DNA from: Clostridia bacterium
GTDB lineage: Bacteria > Bacillota > Clostridia > TANB77 > CAG-508
Assembly (NCBI GenBank): GCA_017456555.1
Contig: JAFTJF010000013.1
Span: 31,329 to 95,328 of the forward strand
DNA length: 64,000 bases
Direction: 5' to 3'
The notes below the pieces were generated by a model that saw only the letters and a program-made list of their open reading frames with translations, made no database searches and was not told the DNA's origin. The translations under genes and the position numbers were made by a program. How positions within the stretch are numbered: position 1 is the stretch's first letter; every line of letters starts with the position of its first letter. Positions 46,938 to 58,500 of this stretch are shown here, in pieces.

Positions 46938-48212
46938 GTGCAAATAATAGAGAATGATAAAATAAAAGAAAAACTATATATTGAAAAATTAAGCAATGGC
47001 TTAACAATAATGGTTTTACCTAAAAAGACTAGAAAGAAATATATTGTTTGGAGTGCAAATTTTGGTTCAATAGATAATAAATTTTATGCGCCTGGAGAAA
47101 AAATTTTAACTGTTGTTCCGGATGGGATTGCTCATTATTTAGAACATAAATTATTTGAACAAGAAAATGGAAAAAATAGTTTAGATGTGCTTTGTTCACT
47201 TGGAGTGGATGCAAATGCATATACAACAAATGATCATACAGCATATTTATATGAGTGTACAGAAAATTTTGATGAAGCTTTAGAAGAGTTTATGAATTAT
47301 GTGCAAAATCCATATTTTACAGATGAAAATGTAGAAAAAGAACGTGGAATTATTGAACAAGAAATAATGATGTATGATGATTATCCAGATTGGGCTTTAT
47401 ATATGAATGCAATGAAAAGTATGTATAAAGATAACGAGATAAACATTGATGTTGCTGGAACAAAAGAAACAATTGCAAAAATTAATAAAGAAAAATTATA
47501 TAAAATATATAATTCTTTTTATACTCCAGAAAATATGTTGATGGTTCTATCAGGAGATTTTGTGCCAGAAGAAATTATTGAAAAATTAAAAACAATGATT
47601 ACTATGAAATCTAATTCTGATGAAACCAAAAGAGTTTATAATAAAGAGCAAGAAGAGATTGTTCAAAAATATGTAGAAAAAGAAATGAATATAAGTATTC
47701 CAACTGTACTTATAGCTTATAAAGATAATGACTTAACTAGTGATAAAATAAAAAAAGATATTGCAATTGATATTTTAGGAACAATTATTTTTGGTAAGAG
47801 TTCAAAGCTTTTTGAAAAATTATATGAAGAGGGAAAAATCTTTTCAGAACCATCTGTAAATTATGAATTTTCAAAAACTTTTGCTCATATATTAATTCAG
47901 CTTCAAACAAATTATGTTGAAGAAGTTTTAGAAGAAACAAAAAAATATTTAGATAACTTAAAAAGAAACGGAATTCTTGAAGAAGATTTTGAAAGAGCTA
48001 AAAGAAGAGTTTATGGTGATTTAGTAAAAGATTATAATGATGTTGCAGATATTGCAACTGGATTTGTAAATGATTATTTTAAAGGAATAAATTCTTTTGA
48101 TTATTTTGAAGAATTTAATATTATAAATAAAGAATATGTTGAGAAAGTGCTAAAAGAATTATTTGTCGAGAGTAAAAAAGTAATATCAGTAGTAAAACCA
48201 ATAGAAAAATAG
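46938..48212 (+). CDS. M16-family zinc peptidase (catalytic subunit)
   Basis: inverted zinc motif HYLEH ... E (GIAHYLEHKLFE). Confidence 0.75.
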   Translation: MQIIENDKIKEKLYIEKLSNGLTIMVLPKKTRKKYIVWSANFGSIDNKFYAPGEKILTVVPDGIAHYLEHKLFEQENGKNSLDVLCSLGVDANAYTTNDHTAYLYECTENFDEALEEFMNYVQNPYFTDENVEKERGIIEQEIMMYDDYPDWALYMNAMKSMYKDNEINIDVAGTKETIAKINKEKLYKIYNSFYTPENMLMVLSGDFVPEEIIEKLKTMITMKSNSDETKRVYNKEQEEIVQKYVEKEMNISIPTVLIAYKDNDLTSDKIKKDIAIDILGTIIFGKSSKLFEKLYEEGKIFSEPSVNYEFSKTFAHILIQLQTNYVEEVLEETKKYLDNLKRNGILEEDFERAKRRVYGDLVKDYNDVADIATGFVNDYFKGINSFDYFEEFNIINKEYVEKVLKELFVESKKVISVVKPIEK

Positions 48213-48224
48213 GAGGAGTATAAT

Positions 48225-49037
48225 ATGAATTTAGTAAAATTTCCAGGATTAAACTTAGAATTTGAATTTTCAAAAATTGCATTTTCAATATTTGGTATAT
48301 CTGTTTATAAATATGCAGTTTGTATAGTGCTAGGAATTGTTGTAGCGTTAATACTTTGCAAATTAGCTAAAGAAAAATTTGATGTAGAATACAGCTTTGT
48401 TTTAGAAAATACAATTTTAGCAATAATATTTGGAACAATTGGTGCAAGATTATATTTTGTTTTATTTAACTTAGAATATTATTCTAAACATATTGCTGAA
48501 ATATTTAATTTTAGAAGCGGTGGATTAGCAATTTATGGTGGATTAATTTTTGGAGCACTTGCGATAATAGTTAATTGTAAAATTAGAAAAAAAGATACAT
48601 TAAACTTTTTAGATTATATAATTCCATATGTTGCAATAGCACAATGTTTTGGTAGATTTGGTAATTTTTTTAATGTTGAAGCTTATGGCTATGAAACTAC
48701 ATCTTTTATAAGAATGGGAATTGATACTGTAAATGGTTATATGGAAGTTCATCCAACATTTCTTTATGAAGCAATTGCATCTTTTGTAATCTTTGTAATT
48801 TTAAGATTTGTTCAAAAGAAAAGAGAATATAAAGGACAAGTTGTTTTGTGTTATTTCTTATTATATTCATTAATTAGAACTTTTATAGAAGGTTTAAGAA
48901 CTGATAGTTTGATGCTATTTAATTTTAGAGTATCACAAGTTTTATCAATAATAATTTTGATTTTATCGATTTCAATGATAATTTGCAGAAGATTTTGTGA
49001 GAAAATGAAATGCTGTGAAAAACAAGCGTCTAAATAG
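48225..49037 (+). CDS. lgt: Prolipoprotein diacylglyceryl transferase
   Basis: Lgt signature region (YGGLIFGA, GRFGNFFNVEAYG), 7 TM. Confidence 0.8.
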   Translation: MNLVKFPGLNLEFEFSKIAFSIFGISVYKYAVCIVLGIVVALILCKLAKEKFDVEYSFVLENTILAIIFGTIGARLYFVLFNLEYYSKHIAEIFNFRSGGLAIYGGLIFGALAIIVNCKIRKKDTLNFLDYIIPYVAIAQCFGRFGNFFNVEAYGYETTSFIRMGIDTVNGYMEVHPTFLYEAIASFVIFVILRFVQKKREYKGQVVLCYFLLYSLIRTFIEGLRTDSLMLFNFRVSQVLSIIILILSISMIICRRFCEKMKCCEKQASK

Positions 49038-49179
49038 TTTGAAGGCTCACTAAAAAAAAGTTGTCGAATAATGTCTTACGAAACCTTGAGTAGATGCTGA
49101 TAATTTATTGACTTTTGTGTAGCAAAATGTTATTTTTAAAATATACAAAAGAGAAAATAAAGAAAAGGGGAGTGATATT

Positions 49180-49335
49180 ATGTTATTAGATGATAAAATT
49201 TGTAAAGTGAGAGAAAAATTAAATAAATGTATTTCTAATGGAGAAGATTACTCTGTGATTTATAAAGTGAGTGTGGAATTAGACGAACTTATTGCACAAT
49301 ACTATGCAAGAGCAGCAAAGGTGAACAATAAATAA
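49180..49335 (+). CDS. Spo0E-like sporulation regulatory phosphatase (51 aa). Not in the ORF track.
   Basis: MLLDDKICKVREKLNKCISNGEDYSVIYKVSVELDELIAQYYARAAKVNNK fits the Spo0E family pattern (L…S…LD.LI..Y); RBS AAAGGGGA; terminator at 49361-49396. Confidence 0.55.
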   Translation: MLLDDKICKVREKLNKCISNGEDYSVIYKVSVELDELIAQYYARAAKVNNK

Positions 49336-49360
49336 AATATATAAGAAACTATAAAAAAGT

Positions 49361-49396
49361 AGATGTAATTTATTTACATCTATTTTTTTATAGTTA
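49361..49396 (+). terminator. Rho-independent terminator (agatgtaaat-ttat-ttacatct, then T8)
   Basis: perfect inverted repeat plus T-run. Confidence 0.65.
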
Positions 49397-49503
49397 TACA
49401 TATATAATCGACGGTGCGAAATTGGAATTTTCAATGACAATTTGTGTTGAATTAAATTTGAAAATAATATAAAATACATATATTAATTAAAGGAGAGATT
49501 TAT

Positions 49504-50007
49504 ATGGATATTAAAGAATTTTCAAAACGTATTTTTGATATGAGTGAAGATATTTGTTATGATATTTTAGAAAGATTTGGGAATAATCAAAACATAGATA
49601 AAACATTAACTTATATTTTTATAAAAACTTATTATATACATACAATAAGATTATATTTAAGTAGTAGATGTAAAATAGATTTATTTGACGATATTTATAT
49701 GGAATACAGAAACAATTTATTAGAATATTATAAAATAAATAATAGCCAAATTAGTGATGAATTATTATCAGATATTTCAAAATCATCTGATACTATGCTT
49801 GAAATGCTAGAATCAATGGATTTTAAAGAAATTAACGATAGTTATGAATTTAGACATTATACAATATTATGCTTTGACCTTTTAAGAAAAATATTAGAGA
49901 AAAAATCTAAAGATGGAATAAGAGAAGATTTATTTGATAATTTTATTTCAAAACTAAAAGATAAAGCAGACGAAATTGTTGATTTTACAGCAAAAATGCT
50001 AAAATAG
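49504..50007 (+). CDS. Hypothetical protein (167 aa)
   Basis: ORF with AAAGGAG RBS; no motifs recognised. Confidence 0.4.
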   Translation: MDIKEFSKRIFDMSEDICYDILERFGNNQNIDKTLTYIFIKTYYIHTIRLYLSSRCKIDLFDDIYMEYRNNLLEYYKINNSQISDELLSDISKSSDTMLEMLESMDFKEINDSYEFRHYTILCFDLLRKILEKKSKDGIREDLFDNFISKLKDKADEIVDFTAKMLK

Positions 50008-50212
50008 AGATAATTAAATGCCTTTGTTTTGAGAAAAAACGAAGGTATTTTTTTGTTTTGATAGAAAAAATAAATAATCCATTTAAAGAAAACTTGTATT
50101 TTTGTTAGCTAAAAAATGTGAGAAAGTAGCACAAAAAATAAGTAAAAAAAAGGTATACTTTTTTTTACATTTAATATATAATAACTTTGTATAAATTTAC
50201 GGAGGTTTTGTT

Positions 50213-50767
50213 TTGAATAAATTAATTAATGAAGAAATAAAATATGATGGACCAAGATTTAATGTTATTCAAAAACAATATGAAAGAGAAGATGGTTTGA
50301 AAATCATTAGAGATTGCGTTGAACCAGGAGATGCAGTTATTATAATTGCAGTAAATGAAAAAGACGAAGTAATTTTCATAGAACAATATAGAGAAACAAT
50401 TGAAAGTGTTGCACTTGAATTACCTGCAGGAATGATTGAAAAAAATGAAGATCCAAAAGAAGCAGCAAAAAGAGAACTTGAAGAAGAAACAGGAATAAAA
50501 GCAGAAAAAGTAGAATATTTAACAAGTTGCTTCGTTTCAGCAGGATATACAAACGAAAAAATATACGTATATTTGGCTAGAGAATTATCTTATGGAAAAC
50601 AACATTTAGATGAAACAGAAGAAATATTATCTATAAGAAAAATTCATATTGAAGATTGTATGAAAATGATTTTAGAAGATAAAATAGACCATGCAAGTGT
50701 ATATATAGCAATACAAACATATTATTATAAGTATTATAATGGAGGAACAAATGATAGATTGGTTTAA
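50213..50767 (+). CDS. NUDIX hydrolase (ADP-ribose pyrophosphatase-like)
   Basis: Nudix box GMIEKNEDPKEAAKRELEEETG; TTG start. Confidence 0.75.
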   Translation: MNKLINEEIKYDGPRFNVIQKQYEREDGLKIIRDCVEPGDAVIIIAVNEKDEVIFIEQYRETIESVALELPAGMIEKNEDPKEAAKRELEEETGIKAEKVEYLTSCFVSAGYTNEKIYVYLARELSYGKQHLDETEEILSIRKIHIEDCMKMILEDKIDHASVYIAIQTYYYKYYNGGTNDRLV

Positions 50768-51833
50768 ACAAATAATAACGTCAATTGATTTAGATAGTTT
50801 ATTAAAACTTTTTGATTTGCAAATTGCTATATGTGTACTATTAATTTTTGTTATATTTAGAAGTTTGTTTTCAAAAGTATTAATAAAAATTTATTATAAA
50901 ATAATAAAATCAGATAAAAACCCAAAAGATAGTACTATGTATAAACCACTTAATAAATTTTTTATATTACTAGGTGTGTTTTGCATGATAAATATATTAC
51001 CAACAAGTAATGAAGTTTTGGTAATTATGGATGCGGCTTTTTATATCGTACTAGTTTATTTTGTAACAAAAGCTATTTCAACATTATTAACAGAAGATTC
51101 AATTTTAGGAAAAAGAGTTTTTAAAAATTCTAAAAATATAGCTGTAAATAGAGTTATTTGTGTTGTAGCAAAAGTTATCTTATGGATAGTTGCATTTTTA
51201 ATTATAATGTCAAAATTAGGAATACCAATAAGCATCTTTAGTGGTTTGTTTGCAGGTCTTGGAATTGCATCTGCAGCAGCTGCTTTAGCTGCTCAAGATA
51301 CAGTAAAAAGTATTCTTAGTGGTATGGCGATTTTAGCAGATAAACCGTTTGTAATTGGTGATTGGATAGAAGTAGATAAATATCAAGGAACAGTTATAGA
51401 TATAACTTTTAGAAGTACACGTATAAAATCTTATGATAACTCTGTTGTTACAATTCCAAATTCAACAATAACAACAAATTATGTTGTAAACTGGAATAGA
51501 TTAACAAGTAGAAGATTTGATTGTGTTTTAAATTTAGCTTTAGACACAACATCTGAAAAAATTAGAAAAGTAGTTAAAGAATTAAAATTAGTATTACAAA
51601 ATGATCCAAAAGTAATTAAAGAAACAGTTGAAGTAACATTTAATGCAATATCAGCTTCAAGTTGTGATTTAAAAATATTCTTATATGTTAGAGAAGCTGA
51701 ATATAGCAAATTTTTACAAGCAAAACAAGATATTTTGTGCAGTATATTAAATGTGTTTGAAAAAGAAAATATAGATTTAGCATATCCTACACAAAATATA
51801 TACGTAAAAAGAAAGGACGAAGTAGAAGCTTAA
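50751..51833 (+). CDS. Small-conductance mechanosensitive channel (MscS family)
   Basis: TM region plus MscS beta-domain (PFVIGDWIEVDKYQGTVIDITFRSTRIK); start ATG 50751 with GGAGGA RBS (frame opens at 50739). Confidence 0.75.
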   Translation: MIDWFKQIITSIDLDSLLKLFDLQIAICVLLIFVIFRSLFSKVLIKIYYKIIKSDKNPKDSTMYKPLNKFFILLGVFCMINILPTSNEVLVIMDAAFYIVLVYFVTKAISTLLTEDSILGKRVFKNSKNIAVNRVICVVAKVILWIVAFLIIMSKLGIPISIFSGLFAGLGIASAAAALAAQDTVKSILSGMAILADKPFVIGDWIEVDKYQGTVIDITFRSTRIKSYDNSVVTIPNSTITTNYVVNWNRLTSRRFDCVLNLALDTTSEKIRKVVKELKLVLQNDPKVIKETVEVTFNAISASSCDLKIFLYVREAEYSKFLQAKQDILCSILNVFEKENIDLAYPTQNIYVKRKDEVEA

Positions 51834-51834
51834 A

Positions 51835-52695
51835 ATGGGAGTAGGAGTAGCATTAGCAGGTGGAGGACTAAAAGGTTTAGCACATATTGGAGCATTAAAA
51901 GCACTAGAAGAATTAGATGTAAAAATAGAATATTTATCCGGAACAAGTTCTGGAAGTATATTTGCATCGTTTTATGCAATGGGATATACAACAGAAGAAA
52001 TAAAAGAGAAAACAATGGAACATTATCAAATGTTAACTAGAATAGAAAAGAAACCTCTTTTTAAAGCTGGAGCAACATATTTGACATCAGGAGTTGCAAA
52101 AATAGAAGGATTAATTCAAGGAGAAAATATTGAAAATTTAGTAAAAACTATATCAAAAGATAAAGCAATTACTAATATGAACCAAATAGAAATTCCATTT
52201 GCAATAGCAACTGTAGATACAATTTCTACAAAGGAATGTATATTTTTATCAAAGAAAATTGATAAAGAAAATAATGATGAAATAGATTACATATATGATG
52301 CACCAATCGCAACTGCAACAAGAGCAAGTATGTCTTTTCCAGGAGTTTATACTCCATGCCAATATGATAAATATAATTTCATAGATGGCGGAACTAAAGA
52401 CAATTTGCCAGTTAAAGTTTTAAAAGATATGGGAGCAGAAAAAACGATTGCTCTAAGTTTTAAAATAGATGACTATGAGCCTAAAGAAGATATATTTGCA
52501 ATACTACTGAGAACAGTAGATATATTCTCTTTAAAAGATGTAAGGAAAGCACAAAAAGAAGCTGATTTAGCAATTGAAATTGATTGTCGAGGTACATCAC
52601 TTTTAGAAATAACAGATGCTGATGAAGTAATAAACACTGGATATAATACAATAATGAAAAACAAAGATAAAATTTTGAAACTAATAAACAAATAG
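51835..52695 (+). CDS. Patatin-like phospholipase
   Basis: GGGLKG oxyanion motif and GTSSG nucleophile elbow, DGG catalytic Asp. Confidence 0.75.
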   Translation: MGVGVALAGGGLKGLAHIGALKALEELDVKIEYLSGTSSGSIFASFYAMGYTTEEIKEKTMEHYQMLTRIEKKPLFKAGATYLTSGVAKIEGLIQGENIENLVKTISKDKAITNMNQIEIPFAIATVDTISTKECIFLSKKIDKENNDEIDYIYDAPIATATRASMSFPGVYTPCQYDKYNFIDGGTKDNLPVKVLKDMGAEKTIALSFKIDDYEPKEDIFAILLRTVDIFSLKDVRKAQKEADLAIEIDCRGTSLLEITDADEVINTGYNTIMKNKDKILKLINK

Positions 52696-52721
52696 ATAAA
52701 ATATAAATAGGAGTGATAGAT

Positions 52722-54182
52722 TTGCCTAGTAATGATACTTTAATGCAATATTTTGAATGGTATTTACCTAGTGATTCTACACTTTGGAACAAGGTTACAA
52801 AAGAAACTAAACATTTGGAAAACATTGGAATAACACATGTATGGTTACCACCAGCATATAAAGGTGCAGGCGGAAAAGATGATGTGGGTTATGGAGTATA
52901 TGACTTATATGATTTAGGAGAATTTGACCAAAAGGGTTCAATCCCAACAAAGTATGGAACAAAAGATGAATATGTAAATGCTATAAGAGAATTGCGTGAA
53001 AATAATATAAAAGTTTTAGCAGATATTGTTTTAAACCATAAAATGGGAGCAGACGAAACTGAAGAAGTTTTGGCTGTTCAAGATGACGCTTCAGACAGAA
53101 ATATCAGTTTAACTGAAGCAAAACCAATAAAAGTTTGGACTAAATATACATTTCCGGGAAGAGGAAATACATATTCTGATTTTAAATGGAATTGGACTCA
53201 TTTCCATGGAGTAGATTGGGACGAAAATACTGGTACTGCTGCAATATATAAATTCTATGGAAAACATTGGGATGAAGATGTAGATAAAGAAAATGGAAAC
53301 TTCGATTACCTAATGGGAGCTGACATAGATTTAAATAATTATGATGTTATAAAAGAATTAAAAAATTGGGGAAAATGGTATATAAACACGGCAAACCTTG
53401 ATGGATTTAGACTAGATGCAGTAAAACACATTAGAGCAGAATTTTTTCCAGAATGGTTAGAAGAATTAAGAAATTCAACAGAGAAAAAACTTTTTTCAGT
53501 TGGTGAATATTGGAGTTCAAATATAGACACAATAAGTAATTATATAGAAAAAACAAATGGATGCATGTCTTTATTTGATGTTCCTTTACACTATAATTTT
53601 TATAGAGCTTCAATAAGTAATGGTGAATACGATATGAGCCAAATATTTGAAGGAACAATAGTTGGAACAAATCCTGAAAAAGCTGTTACTTTTGTGGACA
53701 ATCATGATACAGAACCAGGACAAGCTTTAGAATCTTGGATTTTAGATTGGTTTAAACCATTAGCATATTCATTAATATTATTAAGAAAAAATGGTTTTCC
53801 ATGTGTTTTCTATGGAGATTATTATGGAATTCCAGAAAAAAATGTAGAGCCAAAAAAAGATATATTAACTAAATTATTAAAAGTTAGAAAATATTATGCT
53901 TATGGTGAACAATATGATTATTTTAATGATAGAAATGTAATTGGATTTACAAGACTTGGAGATTATGAACATCATGATTCGGGATTGGCAGTTGTTATGT
54001 CTGACGGAAGAGGTGGAGGAATCCAAATGAATGTTGGTAAAAAACTAGCAAATACAACGTTTTATGATTGTACAGGAAATCTTTCAGAAACAGTATATGT
54101 AGACAATGATGGAAATGGAATTTTCTATTGTAAAGATGGAAGCGTATCTGTTTGGATAAAACAAGGACAAAGTGTAAATTAA
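52722..54182 (+). CDS. Alpha-amylase (GH13), cytoplasmic, with no signal peptide
   Basis: NDTLMQYFEWYLP N-terminus (Bacillus amylase-like), VLNHK, GFRLDAVKH, EYW, VDNHD regions; TTG start after AGGAG. Confidence 0.8.
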   Translation: MPSNDTLMQYFEWYLPSDSTLWNKVTKETKHLENIGITHVWLPPAYKGAGGKDDVGYGVYDLYDLGEFDQKGSIPTKYGTKDEYVNAIRELRENNIKVLADIVLNHKMGADETEEVLAVQDDASDRNISLTEAKPIKVWTKYTFPGRGNTYSDFKWNWTHFHGVDWDENTGTAAIYKFYGKHWDEDVDKENGNFDYLMGADIDLNNYDVIKELKNWGKWYINTANLDGFRLDAVKHIRAEFFPEWLEELRNSTEKKLFSVGEYWSSNIDTISNYIEKTNGCMSLFDVPLHYNFYRASISNGEYDMSQIFEGTIVGTNPEKAVTFVDNHDTEPGQALESWILDWFKPLAYSLILLRKNGFPCVFYGDYYGIPEKNVEPKKDILTKLLKVRKYYAYGEQYDYFNDRNVIGFTRLGDYEHHDSGLAVVMSDGRGGGIQMNVGKKLANTTFYDCTGNLSETVYVDNDGNGIFYCKDGSVSVWIKQGQSVN

Positions 54183-54197
54183 ATTTTAGGAGATAAT

Positions 54198-54959
54198 ATG
54201 AAAGTTTTAGTTACTGGTGCTTCATCAGGAATAGGAAGAGATATTGCAAGAGAGTTTGCAAAAAGAGATTATGAAATAGTTTTAGTTGCAAGAAATGTAG
54301 AACGATTAGAAGCACTAAAAGAAGAACTAAAAAAAGAATATAAAGTAAAGGTTGAATATTTAAGTGTAGACCTATCAAAAAGAGAAAATTGTATAGATCT
54401 TCATAGTAAAGTAAAAGATGTAGATGTTTTAGTAAACAATGCTGGACTTGGAGATTTTGGAGAATTTTCTGAAACAGAACTAACAAAAGATTTTTCAATA
54501 ATAGATACTAATATTACTAGTGTACATGTTTTAACAAAATTATATTTAAAAGATATGAAAGAAAAAAATATTGGAAGAATTTTAAATGTTGCATCTATTG
54601 CAGGATTTATGCCAGGGCCACTAATGGCAACTTATTATGCTTCAAAAAATTATATAGTAAGACTTTCAGAAGCAATTAGAGAAGAACTTCATAAAGCAAA
54701 ATCTAATGTAAAAATAAGTATTTTATGCCCAGGACCTGTAAAAACAAATTTTAATAATGTTGCAAATGTAAAATTTGAAATATCTTCATTATCTAGTGAA
54801 TATGTTGCAAGATATGCAGTTGAAAAATTATTAAAAAACAAATTTTATATTGTACCGGGAGCAATGATAAAAGTTGGAAAATGTTTGGCAAAAATTGTTC
54901 CAACACCTATAGTTTCAAAAGTATGTTATAAAATGCAAAAAAGAAAAGAAGGGAAATAA
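54198..54959 (+). CDS. Short-chain dehydrogenase/reductase
   Basis: TGASSGIG Rossmann motif, YxxxK (YYASK) catalytic motif. Confidence 0.8.
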   Translation: MKVLVTGASSGIGRDIAREFAKRDYEIVLVARNVERLEALKEELKKEYKVKVEYLSVDLSKRENCIDLHSKVKDVDVLVNNAGLGDFGEFSETELTKDFSIIDTNITSVHVLTKLYLKDMKEKNIGRILNVASIAGFMPGPLMATYYASKNYIVRLSEAIREELHKAKSNVKISILCPGPVKTNFNNVANVKFEISSLSSEYVARYAVEKLLKNKFYIVPGAMIKVGKCLAKIVPTPIVSKVCYKMQKRKEGK

Positions 54960-54980
54960 ACAAATAAGCGGAGAAACAAA

Positions 54981-55511
54981 ATGAAAATATTAATGGGAAC
55001 TAAAAACCCAGGAAAGATTGAAGGAGCAAAACAAGCTTTTGAAAGATATTTCGAAAATGTAGAAATAGAAGGAATTAGCGTTAATTCAGAAGTTGGTGAT
55101 CAACCATTAAACAACGAAATCTTTCTTGGAGCAAAAAATAGAATAAAAAACTTAAGAAAATATGCAAAAGAAAACAATATAGAAGCAGATTTTTATATTG
55201 CATCAGAAGCTGGAATCACAAATCTTTTGGGAGAGTGGATTGATATAAATGCAGCTGTTATTGAAAACAAAGAAGGATTTCAAACAGTAGGATGCAGTCA
55301 AGGATTTCAAATTCCAGATAAATATATGCCAGAAATAATTGAAACAGAACTTGGAAAAGTAATGGATAAATTATTTGATGGAGAAAATTTGGGTAAGGGA
55401 AAAGGCGGAATAAGCAGACTTACACATGACGCAGTAACAAGAATTGAACTTACAAAAAATGCATTTGTTATGGCTTTAATAGGCCATATAAATGGAGAAT
55501 TATGGAAATAA
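54981..55511 (+). CDS. YjjX-like non-canonical purine NTP phosphatase (ITPase)
   Basis: 176 aa, MGTKNPGKIEGAK N-terminus typical of DUF84/YjjX. Confidence 0.55.
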   Translation: MKILMGTKNPGKIEGAKQAFERYFENVEIEGISVNSEVGDQPLNNEIFLGAKNRIKNLRKYAKENNIEADFYIASEAGITNLLGEWIDINAAVIENKEGFQTVGCSQGFQIPDKYMPEIIETELGKVMDKLFDGENLGKGKGGISRLTHDAVTRIELTKNAFVMALIGHINGELWK

Positions 55512-55532
55512 TAAACAAAGGAGAAAAAATAT

Positions 55533-58500
55533 ATGTCATTAGAATTATATCCTCATCAACAAGAAACTTGTAAAAATTTAACAGAAATTTACAAAGAACA
55601 CCGCTCTGCAGGTGGAATGATGATTACTGGTGGTGGGAAGTCTTTCGTAGGAATGCATCAAATGATTGCGGCAAAAAATAATCCCAATTATCATGGAATT
55701 TCAGAAGATGGTAAAGTTCAATTTGAAATTGCAAATGGAGTTGTAAATGATGCTAAAATATATTATGTATCACCAACAACTGATATTGCACTTCAAATTC
55801 AAAAAGATATTGCCGAATTTATTTTGGATAAATCTGAAGAAGAAATAAAAATAATGTCTCCTGTAGATTTAGAAAAAATTGTTAGGGATGCATTTCCAAA
55901 TTTGCATTTTATATGCTATCAGGGACTTAATTCAGCAAATTTAGAAGGACCTAATAGTGGAATAAACTTAGATAATGCTACACCAGATTTAGTTATTTTA
56001 GACGAGGTTCATAGATCAGGAGCAAAAACATTCAGACCTGCAATATCAAGATTATTAGGTTTTGTGGAATATGAAATAGGTGACGAAGAAGAATACAGTG
56101 AACTTTTTGAAAATGTAGATGAATCAAAATATCCTGATTATGGAATTGGAGGAGAAAATATTGTTGTAAGAAAAAATCCTAAAGCAATTCCAGAAAAAGA
56201 AAATATTCAATTGTTATCATTATCTGCTACACCAGAAAGAGACGTAGATAGTGTGGATATGATAGGATATTGGAGTAAACTAATAGGAAATTATACAGAA
56301 GAAGAACTATCTAAAGATGTAAGAGCAGATCTTGGCATTAAATTAAATTTGCATGAGGCAGTTGAAAAACGTAATTTGATAAAACCACCAAAAGTAATTT
56401 CTTTTGATGCAAACTTAGTGGAAACAGAACAATATCAAGAAATGGTTGCTCAAATAACAAATTATCGTATTTCTCCTAGTTTAAGAAAAGAAATTGAAGC
56501 AAGAGTAAGAGAGATAAATAGGAGATTGTTTGGGGAAGAAAAAGAAGATTTTCATTTACTTCCACAAGAAGAACAAGATAAAATAAAATTAAATAAAAAC
56601 GCAGAAGTAATGGCTAAAGCAATCCAAGATGGGGATTTTAAACTTTCTGGTAAATACATAGTGTTTAGTCCATCTAAAAGAGGAAAAAATAATGAAATTA
56701 TTGAAGAAATAGATGGTGAAGAAAAAAAAGATAATTCAAAAGCGACAATGGATCATTTAAAATCTCAATATGGAAAGATAGATGAAATAGTAAGATTAGC
56801 TATTGAAAAATTAGGAATCGAAGGTCCGAAAAAAATTGAAGATTATTATTTGTCTAGTCAAGGTCAAGATATTCAAACAAACAAAAAAGTATTAAAAGAT
56901 TTTGATGGATTTGAAACTACAGAAAAAGAACCATTAAGATTTGTTACAGCAACTCAAAAATTAGATGAAGGTGTGCACGTTGCTGGATTATCAGGTTCAT
57001 TTATGTTAAAACCAATTGCTGAAGCGGGAGAAACAATTACATTAAGAGGACAGTCTATAAGGTTTTTACAAGAAGTTGGTAGAAATATGTCTGCTGGAAA
57101 TAAAGAGACAAGATGTTTGTTTGATTACTGTAATAATGTTTTTAGACAAAGCCTTAATAAAGTATTAGAAGCAGATCAAACAATTAAAGAATTTGAACTA
57201 AATGAACAACAACAATATTTGGCTGATCAATATCATTGGTTAGAAGCTGCAATTCCTTCAAGAGGTCAACTTCAAGATGATAATATTAAATTATTAGCAG
57301 TATTGGAATCTTTAAGGAAATATTATACACCTTTAAATGCTGATATAATAAAGGGAAATCTTGCAAAAACATTAGAAAATCCAATTTTTGCTGAACATAT
57401 AAATGAAATATTTGAAGAATTAAGAATGAAAGGATTTGAAGATATTGCAAATAAACCTAAATCGTTTGCTTTAGCTACTAATCTTAAAAAAGCAAGACAA
57501 TTATTGTATTCGGGGGGAAAATGTTTTTCTACTTTTAACATTAAAGAATTGGAAGAATTAGGATTTTTGGATAGGACAAGTAAAGATGGAATTAAAGAAT
57601 TCCAAAAATCAAAATTTGTTATAGACTCTAAAGGGTTTGTACAGTCAGCTTCATTAGAACATTTGATTTTCCAAAATGTTCAAACAGGAACGAAATATGA
57701 TTTAGATGGAAAAGATGTTGATGGATATCCTGAAAATTATTTTGATGAAAAAACTGGGCGTGATGCTGCAGGATTTGATAGAAGAGGCTTTAATGAAAAA
57801 GGTGTTCATAAATCTGGTCAAATACATGATGAACGTGGATTTATGACTAATGGAATTAATATTCAAACAGGAACAAAATACGATTTAGCAGGTTTTGATG
57901 AAAATGGATATAGAAAATTTGAAATAAAAGATATTGATCCTGAAACAGAACAAGAAATGGATATTGATGATGTTGTTGTTGATAGAGATGGAAAATTCCA
58001 TACTGTATTTAGAGATCCAGAAACAGGAGAATTAGATTACGGTAAAATTTCTAAAGTCCCAATGGAATATTATGAACTTCAAAGTGGTGTAAAAATTGAT
58101 AGCAGAGGATTTATATCAACAAATAATATTAACATATTAACTGAGAGAAACGGATATAGCAAAAAAACATCTCAATTTAGATTGAGAGAGTGTACAGTTA
58201 CAGAAAAAGATGGTAGAACGAGAAGATATATGCATGCATTTGTTAAATTTAGAGAAAAATCTACATCTAAAGTAAAATATATGGCATTTGAGGGGTATGA
58301 TTTAGAACACCTTATGAAGGCTGATAGTGAATTCCCTATTGATGGACCAGCTTATAATATTGATGGTTATGACAAATATGGATTTAATGAAAATGGTGCT
58401 CATAGAGAAACTGGAACCAGATTTGATCCAAAAGGAAATACTCGTTTGGCTTATGCTAGTTCTATTTCAAGTAAAACTCAAGAATTTTTAAAACAAATGA

